DNA of 64,000 nt from Candidatus Saccharimonadales bacterium (GCA_035717985.1 DASTHW010000016.1:65859-129858); one strand, 5' to 3'; shown: positions 38,111-47,796, counted from the stretch's first letter. The notes: generated by a model from the letters alone, not told the origin. Numbers and translations: made by a program.

Positions 38111-38905
38111 TCAATGCAGAGTGCCGGCAAAAATTTGCCAAGCTAGAGCCGTCTGGGCGATGAGATTTAGCACAATCGACATTTTTTCACCGAATAAATA
38201 ATTTTCCCAGTGGCCGATTTTTTGCCGCTGAAAGCCGGTATTGACTATTAAGCTGGCGAACAGCAAAACCATGGTTATTAACAGCCAGTAGATATAAACC
38301 GGCAGAGAGCTACCATAGGCGTAAGCTCCCCAAAGGTAAAGAATTATTACCACCCAAGGTAAAACGATGGCCCCTGCCCCAAACCAAAAACTTAGCCAGT
38401 TGGCCGGCCGGACCACTTCCAGCAGTAGCCCCAGCAGGGCCGCCAGCGCTGTTAAGCCGGCAATCAATATTAGGCTAGGTAAGTCATAAATGCCAACCAG
38501 TAGAGCAATGGTGGCCATCATAAGCGCCGTACTGACAGCTAAGCCTATCCAGCGCTGACGATTGTAATTTACCTGCAGGTCCTCTTTATAGGTCCGGTTA
38601 AAGATGGTGGCTGACAGGAAATAGCTGACGCCGCTAACTAATAAGAATGCCGCCACTAAATACAGCAGGTTTATTGATACTAAATGATGGCTGGCTTGAG
38701 CCAGCACGGATTGACCTTGGGCCCGGGAGGCTAGATTATCCTTAGTCAGGTAGCTGATTGTAACCGGCCTTACACCGCTTGAGCCACGACCGATAAACAG
38801 CAAAATTATCGCCTGGATAATTAGCACTAAAGAGGCAAAAACATTAAACCGTCTAAGACTGAATCTAAATATACGCCAAGCCATAAGTGGAATATTGCTC
38901 TCCAT
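38111..38905 (-). CDS. Heliorhodopsin-like 7-TM protein lacking the Schiff-base lysine
   Basis: Seven hydrophobic helices. The C-terminal GHWENYLFGEKMSIVLNLIAQTALAWQIFAGTL, LSFWFGAGAIVLPW and RQRWIGLAVS match heliorhodopsin motifs recalled from memory. Gln251 sits at the Lys position. The start could be M1 (38905) or M8 (38884). Confidence 0.65.
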   Translation of the reverse strand: MESNIPLMAWRIFRFSLRRFNVFASLVLIIQAIILLFIGRGSSGVRPVTISYLTKDNLASRAQGQSVLAQASHHLVSINLLYLVAAFLLVSGVSYFLSATIFNRTYKEDLQVNYNRQRWIGLAVSTALMMATIALLVGIYDLPSLILIAGLTALAALLGLLLEVVRPANWLSFWFGAGAIVLPWVVIILYLWGAYAYGSSLPVYIYWLLITMVLLFASLIVNTGFQRQKIGHWENYLFGEKMSIVLNLIAQTALAWQIFAGTLH

Positions 38906-38940
38906 TATACTGCACGGCTATTTGAAATTTAAAATCGGAT

Positions 38941-38970
38941 AACAAAAACGGGCCTTTTATTGGCCCGTTT
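38941..38970 (-). terminator. Rho-independent terminator downstream of the YggT-like gene
   Basis: 9-bp stem AAACGGGCC (38946-38954) / GGCCCGTTT (38962-38970). On the minus strand it is followed by TTTTTGTT. Confidence 0.7.
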
Positions 38971-38992
38971 CCTTGCTCTTTATTTTATGAGC

Positions 38993-39334
38993 TTACTTGC
39001 GAGTGCGGCCGACCCAGCCGAGCCAGCTAGCAAAGCCTACAGCGGCTAGAAAGACCACCGCGTAAGCCGCCATGGCGAACAGGGCTACCCAGTCCACAAA
39101 CCAGTGGGTGGGAGGCGTACCGCCGTTAGCAGTTTGAGGGAACAGGCCCCTAAACGGCGCTAACGCGGAGTCCGTCGTAGCGTATATCCAGTGAAAGAAA
39201 CTGCCACTGGCAACAGTAAAGAAGAATTTAAAGAACACTCTCGCGAGTAGTAGGACTTCTACTAGCACGATAAAGAGGTTCACTGAGCTCTCCACCATAG
39301 CTCGTAGATTGACCCTAGTCAAAGAGAAATTCAT
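38993..39334 (-). CDS. YggT-like small membrane protein
   Basis: I moved the start to ATG 39334, 4 nt after AAAGGAGG. LLLARVFFKFF...IYATTDSALAPFRGLFP resembles the YggT pattern. Confidence 0.5.
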   Translation of the reverse strand: MNFSLTRVNLRAMVESSVNLFIVLVEVLLLARVFFKFFFTVASGSFFHWIYATTDSALAPFRGLFPQTANGGTPPTHWFVDWVALFAMAAYAVVFLAAVGFASWLGWVGRTRK

Positions 39335-39413
39335 CTTTCCTCCTTTAGTTGTTAATAAGCTCATAATATAACCGTACTAGTAATTTAGCAAGGAATTTTC
39401 CACAGCTAAAAAG

Positions 39414-39806
39414 CTACAGCTTAGGACGGGCATTTTTATACTCCAGCTCGTGAATCCGGGCATGATCTAAACCGTAGTAATGGGCGACTTCGTGCCAAAT
39501 AGTGTGGGCGAGCTTCTTTTTGAAATCCTCCAAATTAGCGCTAGCGCGGGTTAGCGGCAGGCGAAAAAGGGTAATTTTATCAGGCAGGATTTTGGCCGCC
39601 CCGCCCCGCTGGGGTAGTGGTACGCCTTCATAAAGACCAAACAGGGTCTCGTTGACGTAGAGATTAAGCCGCCGCCGCTGGTCAGGGGTTGGCTCGTCCT
39701 CAATTAAAAAGGCCACGTTATCCAGGTGCCGTCTGTAAAGATCCGGGATATTATCTATCGCTTTAGCGACATACGCCTCAAAATCTTTCTCGCTTATGTC
39801 TACCAT
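39414..39806 (-). CDS. Minimal zincin-like metallopeptidase family protein
   Basis: HEVAHYYG (HExxH) near the C-terminus of a 130-aa protein, with the layout typical of the small metallopeptidase family. Confidence 0.65.
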   Translation of the reverse strand: MVDISEKDFEAYVAKAIDNIPDLYRRHLDNVAFLIEDEPTPDQRRRLNLYVNETLFGLYEGVPLPQRGGAAKILPDKITLFRLPLTRASANLEDFKKKLAHTIWHEVAHYYGLDHARIHELEYKNARPKL

Positions 39807-39894
39807 ATTCCCTATTTTATCAGCCGTCTGCCTGCGTTAGATTGTTAACAGAACTAACTCAGCACAGCGCGGTAGGGTTAAGATGGAGGATTTT

Positions 39895-40368
39895 ATGAAT
39901 TCAGCCGGCGACAGCGGCCTTAGATTAACTAGTACAGCGTTCAGAGAGGGGCAAACTATCCCTGAGCAATATACCTGCAAGGGTCAAAACATTAACCCGC
40001 CCTTAAATATCGTCAACCCTCCGGCTGGTACTCAAGGCTTTGCAATAATCATGCATGATCCGGACGCGCCGGTGGGTGACTACCTGCACTGGCTGATCTG
40101 GGATATCCCGCCCTCGACTGAGGGGATCAACGCTAACAGCTCGCCGGTTGGCGCAGTCGCGGGCTATAATCAATCCGATTCTCAGGGATATATGGGTCCC
40201 TGCCCGCCAGCCGGCTCCGGCACGCATCGCTATCAATTTGAACTTTATGCGCTTGATACTACCTTAGGTTTAGAGCGTAGCGCCAACCGTGAAAAGCTAG
40301 AGGCGGCCATGAGCGGCCACATCCTTGATCAAACTACTCTTACCGGTGTCTTTGCGGCCAGCTCTTAA
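39895..40368 (+). CDS. YbhB/YbcL (PEBP, Raf-kinase-inhibitor-like) family protein
   Basis: HWLIWDIP and GTHRYQFELYALD motifs. I chose the start at ATG 39895, 4 nt after GGAGGA; the track start is 39883. Confidence 0.8.
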   Translation: MNSAGDSGLRLTSTAFREGQTIPEQYTCKGQNINPPLNIVNPPAGTQGFAIIMHDPDAPVGDYLHWLIWDIPPSTEGINANSSPVGAVAGYNQSDSQGYMGPCPPAGSGTHRYQFELYALDTTLGLERSANREKLEAAMSGHILDQTTLTGVFAASS

Positions 40369-40853
40369 ACTGGCGCATAGTCTACGTGGCAAGCGCCCCG
40401 GCCAGTGCGCTCGGTAAATTTTTGATGATAAGCTTCAGCCGGCCAAAATTTACCGGCCGGTTCGAGGCTAGTTACTATTTGGCCCTTGAACTGAGACTTA
40501 TTAAGTCGGTCAATTATATCTTGAGCTGTTTGCTTTTGGCTGTCGCCCTCATAAAAGATAGCTGAGCGGTAATTGTCGCCTACGTCCGGGCCTTGCCTAT
40601 TTAGCTGGGTGGGGTCATGAAGCCTGAAAAAGTGCCTTAAAAGAGTCTGATAACTGACTTTAGCCGGATCGTATGTAATTTTGACGGCTTCAGCGTGGCC
40701 GGTAGTATGCGCACAGACTTGCTCGTAAGTAGGGTTACCGGTGTGGCCGCCGCTGTAGCCGGCTAAAGTCTCTATCACACCCGGTACTTGATCAAAATAG
40801 TATTGGACTCCCCAGAAACAGCCTGCCGCAAAAATAGCCGTAGCTTTAGCCAT
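40365..40853 (-). CDS. msrA: Peptide methionine (S)-sulfoxide reductase MsrA
   Basis: AGCFWGVQYYF active-site motif. Confidence 0.92.
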   Translation of the reverse strand: MAKATAIFAAGCFWGVQYYFDQVPGVIETLAGYSGGHTGNPTYEQVCAHTTGHAEAVKITYDPAKVSYQTLLRHFFRLHDPTQLNRQGPDVGDNYRSAIFYEGDSQKQTAQDIIDRLNKSQFKGQIVTSLEPAGKFWPAEAYHQKFTERTGRGACHVDYAPV

Positions 40854-40938
40854 TAGCTACTCCATTACGCGCTGAACCGGTTTCTTGCACTGCCAACAAG
40901 CACGAGTGCCGCTGGTTTAAGTATCGAGCAAACATATA

Positions 40939-41250
40939 TCACTCAACCTTTACGTCGCGCCAAAAAGCAATATAACCTGAAAAGTCCTTACCCGAGCTTT
41001 TTTTAACAATTTCAATGGCCGATGGTTTAGGCGACGGATAACTCCAGGCGCTGTCTTTTGACCAATTATCACCGCCACCGACATCAAAATACTGGCACTC
41101 GCCCTTCCATGGGCAGGTATAGGGTGTGTCACTTTTACGCAGAAAGTCTTCTTTAACGGATGAAGGCGAAAAGTACCAATTGCCTTCTATATAAATCAGC
41201 TCATCCTTCTGGGCTTCGGCTATAACTTCATCATTCCAAATGGCTTTCAT
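40939..41250 (-). CDS. DUF427-domain protein
   Basis: YTCPWKGECQYFDV...AWSYPSP...IAFW pattern. Confidence 0.6.
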   Translation of the reverse strand: MKAIWNDEVIAEAQKDELIYIEGNWYFSPSSVKEDFLRKSDTPYTCPWKGECQYFDVGGGDNWSKDSAWSYPSPKPSAIEIVKKSSGKDFSGYIAFWRDVKVE

Positions 41251-41681
41251 AGTTTTATCTTAGCAAGGTCGCCGCCCAACACCGTAGCCGTCAGCGCCTC
41301 TTCCCAATAGTTAGAATCTTTAGACACAGCGTTTAGGATAAAAACCGGCTTGCCCAAGTAAGCCGCCAGGCCCCACTCCATGAAACCGTTCGGCCCGATG
41401 TAGCCGGGCAGGCCGGGCTTGTCATCATTAATAAGTAAAATTGCGTCGCCCTTATCGACCTCTTTAAAATGCCCGCGCATTTTGCTGACCTTAACCGGCG
41501 CCTGACTCGGGTCTTGATACCAGGTTTTAACCTTAGAGATATCGTAATCACCGCTAGCTTTCATTTGGCGAGCCGTCGCCGGTACCACCGCTTTAAAGCC
41601 CAGCTTCTCCAGCTCGTCAGCTACCTGATTAGCGTGCTCATAAAAAGCGCCGCTTGAACAAATAACAATAACTTTGCTCAT
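41247..41681 (-). CDS. Nucleoside 2-deoxyribosyltransferase-like (Rossmann-like) protein
   Basis: The small flavodoxin-like pattern VIVICSS...ILLIND...EWGLAAYLGKPVFIL supports a tentative family call only. Confidence 0.35.
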   Translation of the reverse strand: MSKVIVICSSGAFYEHANQVADELEKLGFKAVVPATARQMKASGDYDISKVKTWYQDPSQAPVKVSKMRGHFKEVDKGDAILLINDDKPGLPGYIGPNGFMEWGLAAYLGKPVFILNAVSKDSNYWEEALTATVLGGDLAKIKL

Positions 41682-41692
41682 CTTAGCCTTAA

Positions 41693-42274
41693 TTATAGCT
41701 TGGATACGTACGGGTTGGCTCGAATATAAAAACGGGCCAAAGCTTCAGCCGCCCGGCTAACTCCGACCCGCGGGCCGATAACGATATCAGCTTTCTTAAT
41801 TGGTTCTTTTGGCGGCTCCAGCCAAATTGCAGTTTTACCTAGCGGCTGACCGGATAGTTTCGTATCCCTAATGCCTAGAGCCTGGGCTAATTTTCCCGGC
41901 CCACTGGCCAGATTTTTAGTAACTTGGGTTCCACGGTTTTTTATCATGATGTCGATTCCAGACACCGGCTCGCCGGCCCGGACTAGCACGCCTTCGCCCA
42001 CTCCCTTGGCCCCGGTGACAATATTAAGCGCATAGTGCATGCCGTAAGTAAAATAAACATAAAGGTGGCCGCCGGCCTCAAACATCGGCCAGGTCCGGCC
42101 CGTATTACCGCGGTATGAATGGCTAGCCGGGTCATCCTGATGGTAGGCCTCAGTCTCGACAATTTTTAGCTTGATAGTACCGTCTGGAGTTTGGCGGCAT
42201 AGGTGCCAGCCCAAAAGTAACGGCGCCGCCGCCAGCGACGGCAGTTTAACGATAGAAGCAGTTTTAAGATTCAA
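41693..42274 (-). CDS. mpg: DNA-3-methyladenine (alkylpurine) glycosylase, Mpg/AAG family
   Basis: IVETEAYHQDDPASHSYRGNTGRTWPMFEAGGHLYVYFTYGMHYALNIV. Confidence 0.88.
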   Translation of the reverse strand: MNLKTASIVKLPSLAAAPLLLGWHLCRQTPDGTIKLKIVETEAYHQDDPASHSYRGNTGRTWPMFEAGGHLYVYFTYGMHYALNIVTGAKGVGEGVLVRAGEPVSGIDIMIKNRGTQVTKNLASGPGKLAQALGIRDTKLSGQPLGKTAIWLEPPKEPIKKADIVIGPRVGVSRAAEALARFYIRANPYVSKL

Positions 42275-43793
42275 GTTTTAGACGCTTAACTAACCAATCC
42301 CTGGGCAAAATCGACAAAAACCAGCCAGCCCGCGGGCCTTGGTTTTTAGCTATAAGGGCCTGATAGATAGCCGAGAAAATATCCGGCGGTGGCAAGCTGT
42401 TTTGGTCTTTTAAGTCGTAGATGGCTTTATGAAACCATTCGCCGTCGGCGTCGGCTGGAGCCTCGGCGATTTTGCCGGCCAAGGCTTTTAAGAAATCTAT
42501 TTGCTTAGAGTTTAGTCCGGTCGGCGGCTTATCGGCTAGTTCAAATTTAACCTCGTCAGGCGCCCAAGCCGCCAGCCACCTGCCAATAAAGCTAAACTCC
42601 TGCTCAATCACCGCTTTTTGGCTGTTAACTTTCGAGCCGTGCTCACTGCGCCGAATAATTTCTAGTGCTCGGGCTGGGTCTTTCAAGCCAGCCTGGTAAC
42701 TACTGACCAACAGCGAGAATGGTACGGAGCTGACCACTGTTTGCTCAATCCCGTGGGTGCAGACGGCGAGTAGCTGAGCTTCATCCGGCGTTTTATCAGT
42801 TTTAGCCAAAAAGGCCGCAAACTCATCGATCAACTTAGTGACGCCGCCCACCGGATCAAAATATAGAGTCTTATCCGGCGGTGTAGACAGCACAAAATAG
42901 CGCACCACTTCCGGCGGCAAAACAGACACTACCTCGCTCATCAAAATGCCAGTACCGGCACTGGCGCTCATTTTCTTACTTTCACCTGCCCGGTTGATAA
43001 ATTCATACGGGACCGGCAAAGGCGCCGGCGCCTTAAATACTTTATCCATCAGAGCCTTGCCGGTATCATAACTGCCGCCGCGGGTAGCGTGATCCCGGCC
43101 AAACGGTTCAATACCAACTTTTAACAGCCACCAGCGGGCCGGCCAGTCCAGCCGCCAGTCTAGCTTGACCTGGCCTTTATCGTAAGCCGTTGTTTGCTGG
43201 TTACCATCTTTGTCGATGTAGCGGATCTCTTTAGAAGCTTTGTCGATACCTAAAAAGGCCCGTTTTTTTAAATATCCATCCTCATTAACCTGAATCGGCG
43301 ACCACTGCTCGTCCAGCTGGCGGCCGGAGACATCTTCCAGAACAGACTTAACCTCAGCCAAGTTATCCAGCACTCTTTCAATAGCCGGCACAAAAAAGCC
43401 TTGGCCGTATTTTTGATGGCTTCTGATAACGTCCATCTCAATACCCAGCGCTTTTACGCTATCTAAAAACGGCTCAAGCGCGTAATCGGCGTATGAGCGG
43501 CCCGAGTCATCCGGCGCCGGCATATCACAAAGCGGCCGACCCAGATATTTTTCATAAGCGGCCGGCAGGCCTTTAGGCACTTTTCTAAAACCGTCTTGGT
43601 CATCAACAAAATGCACATGCCGCGAGGCTCGGCCTTTTTGCTCTAGGCCAATGACTATTGCGTCGCAAATCAAAAGCTCACGCAGGTAGCCCATGTGGTA
43701 ACTGCCCGACGGCGAGATGCCGGACTCAACTAAAATTTCGCCTTCCGGAGCAAGCCGGCAGGCTGACTCGACTATGTCATTCAGCCACTGCAT
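42264..43793 (-). CDS. lysK: Lysine--tRNA ligase, class I
   Basis: SGISPSGSYHMGYLRE (HIGH-like), WRLDWPARW, EPFGRDH and KMSAS (KMSKS). This is the class I LysRS architecture, not class II. Confidence 0.9.
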   Translation of the reverse strand: MQWLNDIVESACRLAPEGEILVESGISPSGSYHMGYLRELLICDAIVIGLEQKGRASRHVHFVDDQDGFRKVPKGLPAAYEKYLGRPLCDMPAPDDSGRSYADYALEPFLDSVKALGIEMDVIRSHQKYGQGFFVPAIERVLDNLAEVKSVLEDVSGRQLDEQWSPIQVNEDGYLKKRAFLGIDKASKEIRYIDKDGNQQTTAYDKGQVKLDWRLDWPARWWLLKVGIEPFGRDHATRGGSYDTGKALMDKVFKAPAPLPVPYEFINRAGESKKMSASAGTGILMSEVVSVLPPEVVRYFVLSTPPDKTLYFDPVGGVTKLIDEFAAFLAKTDKTPDEAQLLAVCTHGIEQTVVSSVPFSLLVSSYQAGLKDPARALEIIRRSEHGSKVNSQKAVIEQEFSFIGRWLAAWAPDEVKFELADKPPTGLNSKQIDFLKALAGKIAEAPADADGEWFHKAIYDLKDQNSLPPPDIFSAIYQALIAKNQGPRAGWFLSILPRDWLVKRLKLES

Positions 43794-43830
43794 TACTAAA
43801 AATTATACTTTAGATTGCAGATAACTGGGT

Positions 43831-44289
43831 CTAAGAGATGTCGACGATGGTGTATTTCACTAAATCAGCCGAATTTTTGAGCTCTACCTTATCACCGGCC
43901 TTTTTGCCGATCAGAGCCATACCGATAGGCGACTCGTCGCTGATTTTACCGTCCATTGGGTCGGCTTCCATGGTGCCGACAACCTGGAACTGTTTAGTTG
44001 AACTGCCGGCCTTCAATTTAACAGTCGAACCCAGGCGGACAGAGCCGTTAGTTTTGGGCTTTTTGATAATCTGAACATTCTGCAGGATATGCTCCAGCTC
44101 ACTAATCCGGGCCTCTAGGCGGTCTTGCTCCTCACGGGCAGTCTGATACTCGGCGTTTTCACTCAAGTCACCCAGCTCACGGGCCTGTTTAATCCGCTCT
44201 GCTACGGCGCCCCGCTGGCTAGTTAAACCAGCTAGCTCCGTCTTCAGCTCATCGGCTCCCTGCTTAGTTAAATTGAATAGTTTTTTCAT
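43831..44289 (-). CDS. greA: Transcription elongation factor GreA
   Basis: N-terminal coiled coil with DLSENAEY, and a C-terminal FKBP-like domain. Confidence 0.92.
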   Translation of the reverse strand: MKKLFNLTKQGADELKTELAGLTSQRGAVAERIKQARELGDLSENAEYQTAREEQDRLEARISELEHILQNVQIIKKPKTNGSVRLGSTVKLKAGSSTKQFQVVGTMEADPMDGKISDESPIGMALIGKKAGDKVELKNSADLVKYTIVDIS

Positions 44290-44359
44290 AATTCTTCATC
44301 CGCCCGGGGCTTACTTGCCCCTGTTACATATCTCCGCAGTTAACTTGGATTTTGGTAGA

Positions 44360-45631
44360 TTATACCAGACCGCTCAGCCTGTCAACTATCAACTGCTTTA
44401 CAGAATCTGCTGGCACAATTTGGGTATCATCTTTTGTCCGGCTTTTTAGCTCCAGGCCGCCGCCGGCTATGCTTTTTTCGCTAACAATAAGCCGTAAAGG
44501 CATGCCTAAAAGGTCGGCATCGGCAAATTTTTCACCGGGCCGCTCGTCTCTATCATCATATAGCACACTAATCCCAGCAGAAGTAAGCTCTGAATAGACG
44601 GAGTCGCTTAGCTTTTTAACCTCAGGCTTATCCTCTAGGCAGGCTAGGTAAACGGCGTACGGCGCCACCGACACCGGCCAAACCAGGCCCCGCTCGTCGG
44701 CAAAGTGCTCAGCCAGCAGTCCGGCCAGGCGGCTGACGCCTATGCCGTAACAGCCCATAATCACAGACTGGCGCTGGCCGTGCTCATCAGTAAAATATAA
44801 TCCTAGCGCGTCAGAATAGCCTGAGCCCAGCGGAAAAATATTGCCGACTTCTACCGCTTTAACCTCTTCCAAACCGTCTTTTGATAGGCCCAAATCGTTT
44901 AGCACTTCGTCGCTATAAACCTCTTTGTTGACGGCTAAGCGCTTGGTCTTATCGAGATAAATAGTGTCCTCGCCAACCTCGCTCAAAGTTTGAAATTCCA
45001 GGCTGAATTTACTGAAGTAGCCGCCGCTGGCGAAAGTTTTGTAGGTAATGTCGCCCAGGTCTAGCCGCCTGTAAACTTCAAAGTAAGCGTTTGGTGCAAT
45101 ATCGTTATAGAACTTATCGTGCTCTTTTTGCGAGCGGCTAAAGCTGTAAAGATCCTTCATTAAAAATTCCCGGCCCCGCATTAGGCCGGACTTAGCCCTC
45201 AGCTCGTTTCTAAATTTGGTCTGTATTTGATAAGGGTAAATCGGCAGATCTTTATAAGAGCTGACAAAATTCTTAATAGCATTTATCAGCGGCTCTTCAT
45301 GAGTTAAGCCAACCCCAACGTCGGTGCCGTTTGCTAGCTTAGTCTTGAACCAATTATCAACTTTTTTATCATCCCAGCGGCCGGTAATTTCCCAAATTTC
45401 TTTATTTTGCAGAGTACTCATTAACACTTCTAGACCGCCAATTTTATTCATTTCCTCACGGACAATCTGGCTAATCTTCTCAATGACTATTTTGCCCAGC
45501 GGTAAATAGCTATAAACACCGGCCATTTCTTTATGGATGTAGCCGGCCCGGATGAGTAACTGGGCGTTTTTAGCCGTCTCGTCGGCCGGGGCCTGTTTTT
45601 TGGTTTTAATAAATAACTGCGATCGCCTCAT
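44360..45631 (-). CDS. proS: Proline--tRNA ligase (short form, no INS editing domain)
   Basis: I moved the start to ATG 45631 (MRRSQLFIKT). It has class II motifs and an anticodon-binding domain, 423 aa. Confidence 0.9.
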   Translation of the reverse strand: MRRSQLFIKTKKQAPADETAKNAQLLIRAGYIHKEMAGVYSYLPLGKIVIEKISQIVREEMNKIGGLEVLMSTLQNKEIWEITGRWDDKKVDNWFKTKLANGTDVGVGLTHEEPLINAIKNFVSSYKDLPIYPYQIQTKFRNELRAKSGLMRGREFLMKDLYSFSRSQKEHDKFYNDIAPNAYFEVYRRLDLGDITYKTFASGGYFSKFSLEFQTLSEVGEDTIYLDKTKRLAVNKEVYSDEVLNDLGLSKDGLEEVKAVEVGNIFPLGSGYSDALGLYFTDEHGQRQSVIMGCYGIGVSRLAGLLAEHFADERGLVWPVSVAPYAVYLACLEDKPEVKKLSDSVYSELTSAGISVLYDDRDERPGEKFADADLLGMPLRLIVSEKSIAGGGLELKSRTKDDTQIVPADSVKQLIVDRLSGLV

Positions 45632-45644
45632 AAATACTAGCCAA

Positions 45645-46454
45645 TTATAGATTAATCCCGTGGAACATAACAGCAAAGGCGATGGCATTATTAAGCGCGT
45701 GCACCATCATGCCCGCATAAAGTGCGCCGGTTTTTTCCCGAAGATAGACTAACACCAAAGATAATATAAATGTATTAACACCGGCGGCCCAAAGCAGGCC
45801 CGGCCCGGCGCCGGTCAGCAGATGGGCGGCCCCAAATAGCAGGCTGGTTATAAGGCCGGCCTGCACGAAACTTAGCCGCGCCCGCAGGCCCGAAAACAGA
45901 TAACCGCGCATTAGTGTTTCTTCGCCAATCGGCGGCAAAACGACTAGCGCGATAAAAGCTAGCACGTCGCTGGCTGGACCATGGAGATTATTAAAGCCCA
46001 GATCCTGAGTGCCATTGTTGTAACCTTTAAAAATGGCGCTGGCAATTATACTAACGATAATCAAAAGGATATAAAAAACTAAAAAGCCGACACCGGCCCG
46101 GCCAACATCGCCTAATTTTGGCCGCCGGCCAAGGCCTATAAATGGTAGCTTTAAGCCCCGCTTTTTAACTGCCCAGATGGCTAGTAGTGCCGATAAACCC
46201 TCAGCTAAAAGCACATAAAAGAACTGGGCCGTTACCGAATTATCTAAACTGCCGCTGGAAGCATGCGCCAGGCCCAGAATTATTTCTAAAATAAGGGCGG
46301 CAATAAACTGGCTGACGATGAAAATAACCACCACCACGCCAAAGACAAACCATGGACCGCCTAGGTCGCTAGGCGGCTGAGCTCGCAGTGGTTTGAACAA
46401 TTTTAGTTTTCGCTTTTGAGCGGGCGAATCTTTTTGTTTAGCGCCGGACATCAA
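45645..46454 (-). CDS. CPBP (CAAX protease/bacteriocin-processing) family intramembrane metalloprotease
   Basis: EETLMRGY, FGAAH and HALNN motifs in a polytopic membrane protein. Confidence 0.8.
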   Translation of the reverse strand: MMSGAKQKDSPAQKRKLKLFKPLRAQPPSDLGGPWFVFGVVVVIFIVSQFIAALILEIILGLAHASSGSLDNSVTAQFFYVLLAEGLSALLAIWAVKKRGLKLPFIGLGRRPKLGDVGRAGVGFLVFYILLIIVSIIASAIFKGYNNGTQDLGFNNLHGPASDVLAFIALVVLPPIGEETLMRGYLFSGLRARLSFVQAGLITSLLFGAAHLLTGAGPGLLWAAGVNTFILSLVLVYLREKTGALYAGMMVHALNNAIAFAVMFHGINL

Positions 46455-47796
46455 CTATGGTTATTAGGACAACCAGAGCCAGCAGTAAAGCCATGCCAGT
46501 GGCTACGGCTCTTTCCTCTGCCAGCTTGCTAAGTGGCCGGCGAAGGATGAGCCTGGAGAATAAAATCATGAACAATCGTCCACCGTCCAGCGCCGGAATC
46601 GGTAAAACATTGAAGACGGCTAAGCTCAGCGAGACAACGGCGATTATGGCCAGCATATATTGATAGCCAATTAGACCGGCACCCCAAAGGATTTTAACTA
46701 TAATTACCGGGCCGCCCACCTGGCTGGTGGCCTCGGCCTGACCGTTTTGACGAGCTTGACTGTTACCGGTCGTCGCCCCGGCAATTAGTGAGCCCAGGCC
46801 GGCTAGGGCGTGGCCGATCCCTAAAACTGTTAATTTAATCAACTGCCAGGTAAAGCCAATAGCTGTAATCGGCGCGCTCCAGCCGGAGCGTGTAAAAGTT
46901 AGCTGATAAGGCTCGACGCCTAAATAGCCCTCAGCATTTAGAGTAACTTTTTTAGTCAGCTCTTGACCGGCATTCTTATATTTGATGAGCACCGGCGTGC
47001 CGGAAAGATACTGCGCCGTCTTTAAAAAGTCTGACGAGTTGTTAATATGATAGATCCGCGGCTTTTGGCCCGGCACCTCAATACTGGTTACCTGAGAAGC
47101 TGATTTTAAGCCGGCCTGCTTAAGTAAATTGGCCGTAATATCGGTTTTGGAGCGCAGTTTTACTGTTTTAGATTCCGCTTTAGTGTTGTGAGTATAGTTT
47201 AGCCTCACAGTTTCGCCGGCAAATTCATCAGTGGCCTGCTTTAGCTTGTCGGCGGTATTGGTTTTTATAACTCGGCCGCCGCTATCTATAGAGGTAATCT
47301 TGTCGAGCGAACTCAGGCCGGCCCTGGCCGCGGGAGAATTCTTCTCGACATAGATGGCTAAAACATCTTGTTTACTGATGTGGGTATCGCTTTTAACACT
47401 ATACTGGCCTTGCCCAAATTCGTTTTTAGTAATCAGCTGGGGCATGCCGATTAAGGCCAAAATGGTCAATATAACCACCGCCGCCACTAAATTGGCAAAG
47501 ACTCCGGCCAGCAAAATACGGGTTTTGGCACCCAGGCTGGCCGAACCAAAACTGCCGTGAGAGCGGTCACCGTCGTGCTCCCCTTTAAGCTTGACAAAGC
47601 CGCCCACCGGAAGCCAGTTAAGACTTAAGACCATGCCGCTAGTTAGCCGCTTGGCCCAAGCCCGCGGCGGAAAGCCGAGGCCGAATTCTTCTACCGATAC
47701 ACCGCTAAGCCTGGCGGCTAAAAAATGACCGCCTTCGTGCACCAGCACCAAGCCGGCGAACAGTAAAATAGCAATGATAAATAAGAAGATTTGCAT
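46438..47796 (-). CDS. rseP: Site-2 (M50) intramembrane zinc metalloprotease RseP/RasP
   Basis: HEGGHF in TM1, PDZ region(s) and PIPALDGG in the C-terminal TM. The start is probably ATG 47796; the track start is 47814. Confidence 0.88.
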   Translation of the reverse strand: MQIFLFIIAILLFAGLVLVHEGGHFLAARLSGVSVEEFGLGFPPRAWAKRLTSGMVLSLNWLPVGGFVKLKGEHDGDRSHGSFGSASLGAKTRILLAGVFANLVAAVVILTILALIGMPQLITKNEFGQGQYSVKSDTHISKQDVLAIYVEKNSPAARAGLSSLDKITSIDSGGRVIKTNTADKLKQATDEFAGETVRLNYTHNTKAESKTVKLRSKTDITANLLKQAGLKSASQVTSIEVPGQKPRIYHINNSSDFLKTAQYLSGTPVLIKYKNAGQELTKKVTLNAEGYLGVEPYQLTFTRSGWSAPITAIGFTWQLIKLTVLGIGHALAGLGSLIAGATTGNSQARQNGQAEATSQVGGPVIIVKILWGAGLIGYQYMLAIIAVVSLSLAVFNVLPIPALDGGRLFMILFSRLILRRPLSKLAEERAVATGMALLLALVVLITIVDVRR

